DNA of 64,000 nt from Candidatus Methanomethylicia archaeon (GCA_038845975.1 JAWBQF010000010.1:4195-68194); one strand, 5' to 3'. Numbered from the stretch's first letter, positions 29,712 to 39,291 are shown. Made by a program: numbers and translations. Notes: generated from the sequence alone by a model not told the origin.

Positions 29712-29767
29712 GATAATAATATAGTTAGGTTTAAATACTACATTTTCGATATAAAGCAGGTGATACT

Positions 29768-29917
29768 GTGAAGGGATTACTTGTATGTCCGAATTGTGGT
29801 TTTCAATTTGAGATAAGTTATGGAAGAACATTTGCATGTGGTGGGTGTAGATATTCAGTAACTGGAAGCTGTAATATGGCTAAGTGTCCTAAATGTGGAT
29901 ATGAGTTTAATATATAG
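29768..29917 (+). CDS. Small four-Cys-pair zinc-ribbon protein (49 aa, below ORF-track cutoff)
   Basis: GTG start 5 nt after GGTGA. Translation is VKGLLVCPNCGFQFEISYGRTFACGGCRYSVTGSCNMAKCPKCGYEFNI, with CPNC, CGGC and CPKC. Confidence 0.45.
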   Translation: MKGLLVCPNCGFQFEISYGRTFACGGCRYSVTGSCNMAKCPKCGYEFNI

Positions 29918-29924
29918 TATCATT

Positions 29925-32153
29925 TTAGGAGATATGTGGTGGTAGTATTTTTGCTTCAGCTGCTGTTCTTGAGTATCTTCTTGCAAACGATTCGTAGAAG
30001 GCTACTTCTTGCTGTGATAATGGTCTAATTCCCTTAAGAGCTTCTTCAAAATGCTTCATACGTATCTTAAGCTCACTAAGACTATTCTTTAAATCCTTCT
30101 GATTACCATACTCTAATAGAAACTCTCTTATTGCAAGCATAGCAGCATTACTACATACAGAAGCTATATCAGCACCCGTTGCTCCTTTAAGCCTACTTAT
30201 AAGAGCATCTATACTAACATCTTCAGCAAGAGGTTTACCCCTTAGATGTATTGAAAGTATTTCCTTAATTGCTTCAGTATCTGGTAGAGGTACATAAATT
30301 AGCTTATCGAACCTTCCAGGTCTTAAAAGTGCTGGATCAATTATATCTGGTCTATTAGTTGCAGCTATTACAACAACATTCCGAAGATCTTCAATACCAT
30401 CAAGCTCAGTAAGCAACTGACTTACTATTCTCTCAGTAACATGAGAATCCCCTAGTCCTGAACCGCGCATTGGAGCTATAGCATCAATCTCATCAATAAA
30501 TACCACACAAGGAGCTGCCTGTCTAGCTTTTCTAAATATTTCTCTTACTGCTTTCTCGCTTTCACCAACCCATTTACTAAGTATTTCAGGCCCTTTAATA
30601 GATATGAAGTTTGATTCGCTTTCATTAGCTACTGCTTTAGCTAGTAATGTTTTACCAGTACCCGGAGGACCATAGAGAAGAATACCCTTAGGAGGTTTTG
30701 TATTCATATGTTGAAATACTTCAGGATATTTTAGAGGCCACTCAACAGTTTCCCTAAGTATCTGTTTAACATCCTCTAATCCACCTATATCACTCCATTT
30801 TACATTTGGAATCTCAACCATTACCTCACGTAGTGCTGATGGTTCAACATCCTTTAATGCTTCAAGAAAGTCATTCATTGTAACCTTCATCTGATTAAGA
30901 ATTTCCGCCGGTATAACTTCTGCTTCAAGATTTATTTTTGGTAGGAATCTTCTAATAACTCTCATAGCAGCCTCCTTACATAGATGAGCTAAATCCGCTC
31001 CAACAAAACCATGAGTTAAATCTGCAAGTTTCCCAAGATCAACATCGTCTGCTAAAGGCATATTCCTAGTATGTACGTGTAGTATTTCTAATCTAGACTG
31101 TCTATCAGGTACTGGAAACTCTATCTCCCTATCAAATCTTCCAGGTCTACGTAGTGCTGGATCTATAGCGTTAGGTCTATTAGTTGCTCCTATAACGACA
31201 ACTTTACCACGTGGCTGAAGACCATCCATTAATGCAAGAAGCTGAGCAACAACTCTTTTCTCAACTTCACCGGTAACTTCCTCTCTTTTAGGAGCTATAG
31301 CATCGATTTCATCAATAAATATTATGCTTGGAGCTGTTTCCTGAGCCTTCCTAAATATTTCTCTTAATCTCTCCTCACTTTCACCATAGAACTTACTCAT
31401 AATTTCAGGTCCACTAATACTATAGAAGTTAGCATTTGTTTCATTAGCTACTGCTTTAGCTAGTAATGTTTTACCAGTACCCGGAGGACCATAGAGAAGA
31501 ACGCCCTTAGGTGCTTCTACACCAAGTCTTTCAAACAATTCAGGATGTCTTAGAGGAAGCTCAACCATTTCCCTAATCTTCTGTATTTGCTCTTTTAAGC
31601 CTCCAATATCCTCATATGTTATTCTGGGTAATCCTTCAGGTAAGGCTTTAACAGGCTCCTCACTAATGACTATTTCAGTACTTGAGGTAACAACTACAGC
31701 ATCCGCGTAGGGTTTAACGTTTACTACCATAAGCTCAACCTTCCTACCCATAATCCCTACAGGTATGTAGTCGCCTCGAGTAACAACTCTTCCTTCAAGA
31801 AGCTGAGCTAAATACTCCTCACCACCAACAATTCTTAAAGGTTCTGTTGGTGCAAGTACTACTCTCTCAGCTTGCTTAGCTACCGCCTTTCTCACAGTAA
31901 CCTTCTCATCAAGACTCACATTAGCGTTCCTCCTAGTATAGCCATCAATTCTAATAATTCCCTTACCATAGTCTTCACTGTATCCAGGCCAATTTATTGC
32001 AAATGTTCTTCTCTTGCCAATAATTTCTATGACGTCGCCAGCAGATAGTTTAAGCTCCTCTACAACCATCGGATCTAATCTTGCAATGCCTCTTCCAACA
32101 TCTCTTGGATGAGCATTCTCCACTCTCAAAACAACATGCTTCCTCTCACTCAT
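29925..32153 (-). CDS. cdc48: CDC48/VCP-type AAA+ ATPase
   Basis: 742 aa with an N-domain plus two AAA modules. Each module has [17 protein letters not shown] (Walker A), [12 protein letters not shown] (Walker B) and the second region of homology. Confidence 0.95.
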   Translation of the reverse strand: MSERKHVVLRVENAHPRDVGRGIARLDPMVVEELKLSAGDVIEIIGKRRTFAINWPGYSEDYGKGIIRIDGYTRRNANVSLDEKVTVRKAVAKQAERVVLAPTEPLRIVGGEEYLAQLLEGRVVTRGDYIPVGIMGRKVELMVVNVKPYADAVVVTSSTEIVISEEPVKALPEGLPRITYEDIGGLKEQIQKIREMVELPLRHPELFERLGVEAPKGVLLYGPPGTGKTLLAKAVANETNANFYSISGPEIMSKFYGESEERLREIFRKAQETAPSIIFIDEIDAIAPKREEVTGEVEKRVVAQLLALMDGLQPRGKVVVIGATNRPNAIDPALRRPGRFDREIEFPVPDRQSRLEILHVHTRNMPLADDVDLGKLADLTHGFVGADLAHLCKEAAMRVIRRFLPKINLEAEVIPAEILNQMKVTMNDFLEALKDVEPSALREVMVEIPNVKWSDIGGLEDVKQILRETVEWPLKYPEVFQHMNTKPPKGILLYGPPGTGKTLLAKAVANESESNFISIKGPEILSKWVGESEKAVREIFRKARQAAPCVVFIDEIDAIAPMRGSGLGDSHVTERIVSQLLTELDGIEDLRNVVVIAATNRPDIIDPALLRPGRFDKLIYVPLPDTEAIKEILSIHLRGKPLAEDVSIDALISRLKGATGADIASVCSNAAMLAIREFLLEYGNQKDLKNSLSELKIRMKHFEEALKGIRPLSQQEVAFYESFARRYSRTAAEAKILPPHIS

Positions 32154-32161
32154 ATAGACAC

Positions 32162-32668
32162 CTAATCTATTTTTATTTCAAATCCTTTAGGTTTAGGAAT
32201 ACTTTTAAGCTTGAACTTAACTTCAAGAATACCATTATTATATGAAGCTTTAGCTGTTGATGGATCTATATCATAGGGGAGATCTATATCAATACTATAC
32301 CTTCTAAGTTTACCGTCAGCACTTATAGATAGTAGATTCTCTGTAGAGCTTACTTTAATCTCCTCCTTTGAAACACCAGGCATTTCAACTAGAACCGTTA
32401 ATATGCCTTCCTTTTCATCAATGGCTGTTTCATAGTACGGTGTTCTAATATTGGATTCTGAAACTGGTAGTTTAACATTACCGAAACGTCTAATAACTGG
32501 ATATCCTTCAGGAGTGAAGGATATACTTAAGCCATACATGTATGGCCTTTTAAACGTTGTAAATGCTGCTTTACCTATACGACGTATCCTCCGCTCAATA
32601 GCATTCTCAATTTCATCAATCATTCTAAATATAGAGTTAAAGATCCTTTCAAAATCTTCACTAAACAC
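32162..32668 (-). CDS. hsp20: Hsp20/alpha-crystallin small heat-shock protein
   Basis: Alpha-crystallin domain (LTVLVEMPGVSKEEIKV...YNNGILEVKFK). GTG start behind AGGTGA. It lies 8 nt upstream of cdc48. Confidence 0.85.
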   Translation of the reverse strand: MFSEDFERIFNSIFRMIDEIENAIERRIRRIGKAAFTTFKRPYMYGLSISFTPEGYPVIRRFGNVKLPVSESNIRTPYYETAIDEKEGILTVLVEMPGVSKEEIKVSSTENLLSISADGKLRRYSIDIDLPYDIDPSTAKASYNNGILEVKFKLKSIPKPKGFEIKID

Positions 32669-32690
32669 TATCTCACCTAACTAGAGATAG
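32668..32690. promoter_or_regulatory. Inverted repeat CTATCTC-N9-GAGATAG over the hsp20 start/SD, downstream of a TATA-like box
   Basis: Arms are at 32668-32674 and 32684-32690. The TATA-like TTTATATATACC (minus-strand reading) lies at 32697-32708. The CTATCTC motif recurs at 32736-32742 next to the near-palindrome CTCAAAATTTTAGAG. Confidence 0.4.
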
Positions 32691-32790
32691 AAAAATAGGT
32701 ATATATAAATTTTTTCCCTTAACAATTCATGAATGCTATCTCAAAATTTTAGAGTAAGATTTATATATAGCTTTTTATGATAGTACCAAT

Positions 32791-33441
32791 ATGGAGGATA
32801 TAATATCGATAATTGCGAACCCGGAAAGAAGAAAAATAATTAGATTACTTACAGAAAAGCCTAGATATTTTCTTGAATTAGCTAGGGAGCTTAAAATTTC
32901 GCAGCAATCACTACATATACACTTAAATAAACTAGTATCTATAGGTGTAATTAAAAGCTATATTGTTAAAAGCCCTTACGGTCCATATAGAAAATACTAT
33001 GCTTTAAACAGTGATTTCTGTATTGAACTTAATGTTTTAAATGGATTATATCATATTAATATATGGAATCCCATTAAGGAGTTCAATGGTGTTAATGATT
33101 TAAAAGATCTTGAACAGCTTATTGATAACATAGAGAAGGAAAGCGATCTAATTAAATCATTAAGGTTAACTAATACCGTATTAAGAGAAATAAATAGAAG
33201 ACTTAATGAATTAAATATGAGGAGACTTTACTTAATAAATTTAATGGCTAAGGCTAGACGTAAAGCCCTCGAGATAATTGATAAGCTTAACGTTAATTAT
33301 GTTGAGAGGAAAATTCTAAAAGATACTTTAGGTTCAGACCCAGAAAAAATTGATGAGTTAATTGATAAAATATTTACTGAGGAAATTGAACTTATAACTA
33401 GAGAATTAAAGAGTAAAATTTGTAAAATATTTGGCTTATAA
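32791..33441 (+). CDS. ArsR-family wHTH regulator with long C-terminal coiled-coil (Phr-like architecture)
   Basis: NPERRKIIRLLTEKPRYFLELARELKISQQSLHIHLNKL is an ArsR-type HTH. The C-terminal ~100 aa is helical and charged. The gene is divergent from hsp20-cdc48. Confidence 0.6.
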   Translation: MEDIISIIANPERRKIIRLLTEKPRYFLELARELKISQQSLHIHLNKLVSIGVIKSYIVKSPYGPYRKYYALNSDFCIELNVLNGLYHINIWNPIKEFNGVNDLKDLEQLIDNIEKESDLIKSLRLTNTVLREINRRLNELNMRRLYLINLMAKARRKALEIIDKLNVNYVERKILKDTLGSDPEKIDELIDKIFTEEIELITRELKSKICKIFGL

Positions 33442-33752
33442 CATTAAATCTAATAATTGTTTACTTCAACTTAGTAGATAATAATTTTGCTATAAAGAAA
33501 ATTACTACAGAAGATAACGATTTTATTTCTCTTCTATTGGTTACTGGCCATTTGTTTACATCGATGGTTAAATATTTATTGTAAAGTTAACTAGCTATCC
33601 TAATAACACTTTCATATATTGTAGATTAAGACAGTAAATATTATTCACCAGGATAAATGAGCTGGGATAATAAAAGTTTAATCAGTACCTTAAAAATTAA
33701 GTCTTCTTTGCCTTCTTTTAAACGTATGGGAACCCATAGAGAGATTAATATG

Positions 33753-34013
33753 CTAAGTAGATTGCTTACTCCATATAACTTCACCAGAAATTTTAGCTAT
33801 TCTCACTATTCTATGATGGGGTATATATTTCTCCTCATGATTTTTCCTTATTATAATGCTTCCTGGTCTTAGCTCTGAAATATCTGTAAAAAGTACTTTC
33901 TCAACATTGTTTCTATGATCTCTACTTATAAAGTAGATTTCGATATCGCTAATTCTATATTTCCCTGACCATTTAATCTCATTAAGTATGTCTCTTATTC
34001 TTAGCCTCCCCAT
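33753..34013 (-). CDS. UPF0248/DUF504 (MJ1316-domain) protein
   Basis: 86 aa with LNEIKW...YIPHHRIV.I...GEVIW, typical of DUF504. The ATG overlaps the upstream stop by 1 nt (TAATG). Confidence 0.6.
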   Translation of the reverse strand: MGRLRIRDILNEIKWSGKYRISDIEIYFISRDHRNNVEKVLFTDISELRPGSIIIRKNHEEKYIPHHRIVRIAKISGEVIWSKQST

Positions 34014-34780
34014 TATAACACCGAGAAAATAAATAGAACTAATGATAGCAAGAATAGAAGTAGCCAGATCCTTAAATTCGATTGGAACAATTTCCCACCA
34101 TCAAACATCGGTAGTGGAAGTAAATTAAATAGTGCAAGAAACGAATTTATTGTGAGAATATAGAATCCATATACACTTAATGCTTTAATAAAATTCATTA
34201 TGATTAAACCTATAAATGCAATAACTATGTTTGTTAATGGACCTGCTGAAGATATTTTAGCTTCAATTCTCCTCGTAATATATGGACCCCAAATCACTAC
34301 AGCTCCGGGAGCTACAAATCTAATAGGTAAAGCTACTGATAATAAAGATATTAAAGCCAACATAGGATTAATACGGAATTCAGCTTGTAAGCCGTGCTTC
34401 TGAGCAGCTAGCTTATGAGCTACTTCATGAACTATAAATCCTAAAAGTACAGCTACAACTATGGGTGGAACTACAGTTAAATTTTTACCCCATGAAAAAA
34501 TCAAGCTGACTATAAGCATAGCAACTCCTAAATGTTTAAGCTCTGTCTTTGAGAAATGGAAAGTTATTAGTTGCCTAATAATTGATGGCCTCTCATAAAT
34601 TAATGGTTTAAACTCAACCCTAAACTCAGGTACTCCTCTTCTCAACCCAGGACATTGATGATTCTCCGGTAAACGATGAGTAGAACAGAAAACTCCACCA
34701 CAATACGAACATGTGAAAGGAAAAGATTCAATAGCCCCACATACTTGACACTCCCTACGTTTCTCCACACTAAACACCAA
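34013..34780 (-). CDS. AN1-type zinc finger fused to M50/site-2-protease-like membrane metalloprotease
   Basis: Perfect AN1 spacing: C-x2-C-x9-C-x2-C-x4-C-x2-H-x5-H-x-C ([33 protein letters not shown]). Also HEVAHKLAA (HExxH) in a TM helix, and [13 protein letters not shown] (NxxPxxxxDG). Confidence 0.8.
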   Translation of the reverse strand: MVFSVEKRRECQVCGAIESFPFTCSYCGGVFCSTHRLPENHQCPGLRRGVPEFRVEFKPLIYERPSIIRQLITFHFSKTELKHLGVAMLIVSLIFSWGKNLTVVPPIVVAVLLGFIVHEVAHKLAAQKHGLQAEFRINPMLALISLLSVALPIRFVAPGAVVIWGPYITRRIEAKISSAGPLTNIVIAFIGLIIMNFIKALSVYGFYILTINSFLALFNLLPLPMFDGGKLFQSNLRIWLLLFLLSLVLFIFSVL

Positions 34781-35397
34781 TTAAACAGTAAGATATTCAA
34801 TAGTAAACATATATATACTTTACTTAATAACTATGCTTTGTGAACTTTAGATGTGAAAGCTATGTAATTGATGTCTTAAGTTAACAAACACAACTACCAA
34901 ATCAATCAACTCAGCATGAACGCTACCTTACTTCCTACAGCATTAGCTAGTGACCGCTAAGCCACGCTATTTCACAACATACTGTAGTATCCTTAACTTT
35001 TAATGTTAAAAGTAAGAACTTATCTGAGAGAAATTAGTATAAAATCCTAAACATAACCAATATAGAGCCTTGTAGATTCCATTTCTACAATAGAGATTCG
35101 TTGAAACCTTTTTACCAACATTCATAAATATCGAGTACATCTACATAACCTTAACAACATAATCCTAATAGTGAAGCCCAGGTTTCTAGATATAATGTAA
35201 TACTTATGAAACTATGTTCGGAATATATAGCTTTACTAATAGATTTAGGTTGTTGAAACTCTATGAGAGATAAAAGATAGCAGGTCATAGAATTGCAAGG
35301 AACACGAACAGTATTAATTTCAGATTATTAATACCGGATAGTAATACACTACAGGAAAAAGGTAACTTATTTATATTCTATAGGATAAATCTTAAGG

Positions 35398-35916
35398 GTG
35401 AATATGGTTACACTTCATGAGGTAATTAGGGAAGCCATATTGTCTTTTGGCGGTGTAGCATCCTCTAACGAAATAGCTAAATACATTAATGAGAAGTATC
35501 CTAATACTTGGAAGAGGAATTCAATAAAGACATGTTTATATTCATGTAGTGTAAATAATCCTTCAGCATATGCTCACCATGCTTCAACACCTAAATTCCT
35601 ATTTAATCATGGCCAGGGAGTTTATGAAATCTATGATCCTAAAAAACATGGAGTATGGAGTAATGGAGTAAAGATTGATGAAACACAGCCTATTCAAGTA
35701 AGAGAAGTATTAGACGCATCTCCTAAAGAAGAAGCTATTGAAACAGAATTAAGTCAAAGTCATGCTGCAAATGAAGTTAGAATTAACCCTGCCGAAACAT
35801 TAAAACCTACAAGAAACGAAGTAGAAAATACAAGTAATAAATTTAGCTTCTTCGATGCTATTAAATCACTTATTGCAAAAATAAAGCTTATAATATTTCT
35901 AATATTTAGAATATAA
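35398..35916 (+). CDS. Hypothetical protein with N-terminal wHTH-like domain and hydrophobic C-terminal tail
   Basis: 172 aa. N-terminus is LHEVIREAILSFGGVASSNEIAKYINEKYP and C-terminus is IKLIIFLIFRI. The start may be the ATG at 35404 behind GGGTGA. Confidence 0.4.
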   Translation: MNMVTLHEVIREAILSFGGVASSNEIAKYINEKYPNTWKRNSIKTCLYSCSVNNPSAYAHHASTPKFLFNHGQGVYEIYDPKKHGVWSNGVKIDETQPIQVREVLDASPKEEAIETELSQSHAANEVRINPAETLKPTRNEVENTSNKFSFFDAIKSLIAKIKLIIFLIFRI

Positions 35917-35918
35917 CA

Positions 35919-37868
35919 TTAGGAATAATTGTAAACTAATAGAGAAATATTAATAATAAGAGAGACTGTAATTGCAAGTATTATATTTGCAGCTGTAATT
36001 ACTAATGTTTTTTTAACTCCATATTCTTTTACTAGTGCAGCTAAGGTTGCTATGCATGGAATATAAAGCATTGTGAATATAGTGAAGACAATCATTTGTC
36101 TTGGTGTAAGAACAAGTGAGAAATTCATAGTTCCTGAAGCTTCAGCAAGCATAGCTATTACTAGTTCTTTTCTAAGTATTCCTAGAATTAGTGGTACAAC
36201 AGTTACAGTAGGTAAACCCAGTAAACTACTAACTATTGGTTCAAATTCTTTCTCAATAACATTTAGTAATCCCGTTTCCTCCAAATAGTTTACAAAACCG
36301 CTTCCAATGATAAGAAGTGGAAATGCAATATATAGAAATTCCTTAATTCTAATGTAGGTTTTTAATAAGATAATCTTAATACTTGGAATTCTAAACGGAG
36401 GCATCTCCATAATTAAACCTATAGCTTCACCAGTAAGCCATAGATTAGCAAGCTTTCCAATAGCGAATACTAAAGCTAGATTCATAATGTATAGGATTAG
36501 AGCTACATGTACTCCAATATAGTTACCAACCAAATTTAGGATGATAATTGTTCTTGCTGCACATGGTACAATCGTTATCAGGAAACCTAATATAAGCTTC
36601 TCCCTCCATGACTCCATAATTCTACATCCTATACATGCAGGTACATTACATCCATAACCAAGCAGTAATGGTATGAGTGCCTTACCATGCAGTCCAATTT
36701 TATGCATTAATCCATCCACTAGGAATGCAGCTCTAGGAAGATAGCCGCTATCCTCCATTATGTATAGTAGTATGTAAAACGGAACAACGTAAGGTATTAC
36801 GAGAACCAGACCAGCTACAAACCCATCTATAAATCCACGTATAACCCTAAACCTCAATGCAGGCAATTCATTAATTAGTACATATAGAAGTTCTTCAAGT
36901 AGCCCACTTAGATAGCCACCAATGAAAAATATTAGTGAAAACATAGAGGTTAAAACTAATATTAGAATCAAGTAGCCCCAAATCTTATGTGTTGTAATAA
37001 GGGATAGATTTTCAATTAGTGAGGAGGTTGGTGGAGTCTTAACTTTTAAAACTTCATTTGCAATTTTACTTGCTAAGGCGTATCTCTCCGCAGCTATAAT
37101 GATGTGTGACGGTTCACCGTGAACTTCTTCAAGCCTGCAAGCTAGAGACTCAGCTAATAGTAATATCTCTCTACCTTCACTAATAGAGTTAAACTTACTA
37201 ATAACTTCATTATCTCTTTCTAATAGTTTGACTGCAAGCCATCTTGGAGGATAAGTTCTACATAGGAAGGATGCTTTCTCAGTAATTATATGTCTTAGCT
37301 TTTCAATAGAATCCTCAACTTCTTTACCATACCTAATTTTTAATGGGTTTAATTTAATTTCTCCTAAAGCCGCTTTAACAGCTATAGATAATGCCTCATC
37401 AACACCTTGCCCGCTTATAGCAATCATCGGTATTACTGGAACACCTAAAATTTCAGAAAGTCTATTAATAGCTATATTTAATCCTCTTTTAGTAGCAATA
37501 TCTATTAGGTTTAAGGCTACGACTACTGGAGCTTCAAGCTCCAAGATCTGAATTGTTAGGTAGAGATTTCTTTCAAGTGATGAGGCATCAATAACATTAA
37601 GTATAATATCCGGTTTTTCAGTAGCAATATATTCTCTAGCAATAACCTCTTCTTCACTATATGCTGAGAGTGAATATGTTCCAGGAAGATCAAGAACTTC
37701 AACTATATATGAACCGTATTTAACAATACCTTCAGCTTTCTCAACAGTTTTACCTGGCCAGTTACCGACATGTTGGGCTAAGCCCGTTATTTGGTTAAAT
37801 ATTGTTGATTTACCAACGTTAGCATTACCTGCAAGAGCAATTTTAATAGTTCTACTTCGATTAGTCAT
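35919..37868 (-). CDS. feoB: Ferrous iron transporter FeoB
   Basis: 649 aa with an N-terminal G domain (GNANVGKST, DLPG, NLID) followed by a polytopic permease domain. Confidence 0.9.
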   Translation of the reverse strand: MTNRSRTIKIALAGNANVGKSTIFNQITGLAQHVGNWPGKTVEKAEGIVKYGSYIVEVLDLPGTYSLSAYSEEEVIAREYIATEKPDIILNVIDASSLERNLYLTIQILELEAPVVVALNLIDIATKRGLNIAINRLSEILGVPVIPMIAISGQGVDEALSIAVKAALGEIKLNPLKIRYGKEVEDSIEKLRHIITEKASFLCRTYPPRWLAVKLLERDNEVISKFNSISEGREILLLAESLACRLEEVHGEPSHIIIAAERYALASKIANEVLKVKTPPTSSLIENLSLITTHKIWGYLILILVLTSMFSLIFFIGGYLSGLLEELLYVLINELPALRFRVIRGFIDGFVAGLVLVIPYVVPFYILLYIMEDSGYLPRAAFLVDGLMHKIGLHGKALIPLLLGYGCNVPACIGCRIMESWREKLILGFLITIVPCAARTIIILNLVGNYIGVHVALILYIMNLALVFAIGKLANLWLTGEAIGLIMEMPPFRIPSIKIILLKTYIRIKEFLYIAFPLLIIGSGFVNYLEETGLLNVIEKEFEPIVSSLLGLPTVTVVPLILGILRKELVIAMLAEASGTMNFSLVLTPRQMIVFTIFTMLYIPCIATLAALVKEYGVKKTLVITAANIILAITVSLIINISLLVYNYS

Positions 37869-37872
37869 GGGG

Positions 37873-38484
37873 TTAAACCCTTCTTACAAATACTCTTTTA
37901 GCAACACCATAACCAAGTGCAAGACTAGTACCTCTAACAAGTATTTCAATTGGCCCCCTCATAGGTCCCTTCCTAATAATTCTTACTTCAACATTTGGGG
38001 TTAAACCCATCTCAGCAAGTCTTAATGTTAATCCTCTACCACCTAGAATATAGGCTACTAAAGCTCTATCACCCTCCCTTAAATCTACTAGTGGTACTGT
38101 ATCCTCAATTCTCCAAGGCATTTGTTGAAGATCTCTAGTTAAGTCCCTAACAGAATCTTTATCTAGGCCATGAGATCTAGATATATGAGAGTACCAATTA
38201 TGAACTTTACCTTCAAACCTTCTCCTTAATAAGTCTAAAATAGAGAGTTTATGAATTGAATTGTGTAAATGATTACCTCTATGGTTTAAAACAGCTTTCT
38301 CACCTTTATCTGTAAGCAGATAGCCGTAGGAGTTCTTAACTATATAGCCGTTATTTAACGCATTGCCTAACACTTCACTAATTGCTTGTTCAGATTGATT
38401 AAGTCTACGTGAGGCATCACTAATACTGAACTTATATTTAAGCTCCTTAATCAGTTCAAGAACTTCAATAAGTAGATCCTTCAT
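37873..38484 (-). CDS. wHTH-FeoA fusion protein
   Basis: N-terminal winged-helix-like region. The C-terminal FeoA/SH3-like domain is GDRALVAYILGGRGLTLRLAEMGLTPNVEVRIIRKGPMRGPIEI. It overlaps the upstream gene by 4 nt. Confidence 0.65.
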   Translation of the reverse strand: MKDLLIEVLELIKELKYKFSISDASRRLNQSEQAISEVLGNALNNGYIVKNSYGYLLTDKGEKAVLNHRGNHLHNSIHKLSILDLLRRRFEGKVHNWYSHISRSHGLDKDSVRDLTRDLQQMPWRIEDTVPLVDLREGDRALVAYILGGRGLTLRLAEMGLTPNVEVRIIRKGPMRGPIEILVRGTSLALGYGVAKRVFVRRV

Positions 38485-39143
38485 GTAATCATCTTCCTAA
38501 CATTTATAGATGAAGTAATAGTAGGGCCTAGAGTTCTTGTAATTCCATTAATATCTATGATTAATAGGTTATCAAACGGTATCTTATCTATAACTTTAAG
38601 AATACTACCTGGAGTAAGCCCTATATCTTTAGCATATTTAAGTATATTAAAGCTTTCATCTGTAATATTTACAATAACACCAGTATCACCTAAACTTAGA
38701 TTTGAAAGCTGTATACATGGGATTTCATCAAGCTCACCATTAGGTTTAGGAATAGGATTACCATGAGGGCATGTATTAGGGTTTTTTAAAGCTTTTTCAA
38801 TTAAATCTGTAACATATTTTGAAAGACCATGCTCAAGCCTACAGGCTTCATCATGGGCTTTACACCAATCAACTTGAAGAAGATCTGTAAGAAGTCTTTC
38901 TGAAAGTCTATGTCTTCTCACAACATCAATAGCTACCTCCACTCCTTTACTAGTTAGCTTAACACCCTTATGATATTCATGAATTATAAATTTCTTTTTC
39001 TCAAGTATTTTAACCATTTTAGAAACAGTACCTAAAGTAACATTTAGCATCTTAGCTAAATCAGTAGTCTTAGCTAAACCATACTTCCTCTCAAGCTTCC
39101 ATATGGATTCAAGATATTCCTCTTCAACAATAGATATATGCAT
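38481..39143 (-). CDS. DtxR/IdeR/MntR-family metal-dependent repressor with C-terminal FeoA-like domain
   Basis: HTH (TDLAKMLNVTLGTVSKMVKILE), metal-site region (RRHRLSERLL...EACRLEH) and a C-terminal SH3/FeoA-like domain. Confidence 0.8.
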   Translation of the reverse strand: MHISIVEEEYLESIWKLERKYGLAKTTDLAKMLNVTLGTVSKMVKILEKKKFIIHEYHKGVKLTSKGVEVAIDVVRRHRLSERLLTDLLQVDWCKAHDEACRLEHGLSKYVTDLIEKALKNPNTCPHGNPIPKPNGELDEIPCIQLSNLSLGDTGVIVNITDESFNILKYAKDIGLTPGSILKVIDKIPFDNLLIIDINGITRTLGPTITSSINVRKMIT

Positions 39144-39291
39144 AATATTAACTACGAATAATACAATATATATTTTTCTATAATCTAATTTTTAATTAAG
39201 AAATTTCTTATTCACATTGAATATATTACATAAAATTTATATTCAAATTTTGAATAGACTGTTAGCAATAGCTATATATAAAGGTGATTTA

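Noticed and set aside
29482-29837. ORFs 29482-29688 and 29607-29837 (minus strand)
   Set aside because: The first is a fragment of the disrupted IS6-like transposase frame. The second runs antisense across the IS end and the small zinc-ribbon ORF and has no motif. Neither is an independent gene.
33657-33872. 71-aa plus-strand ORF
   Set aside because: It overlaps the well-supported DUF504 gene on the minus strand. The sequence is low-complexity, with no SD or promoter.
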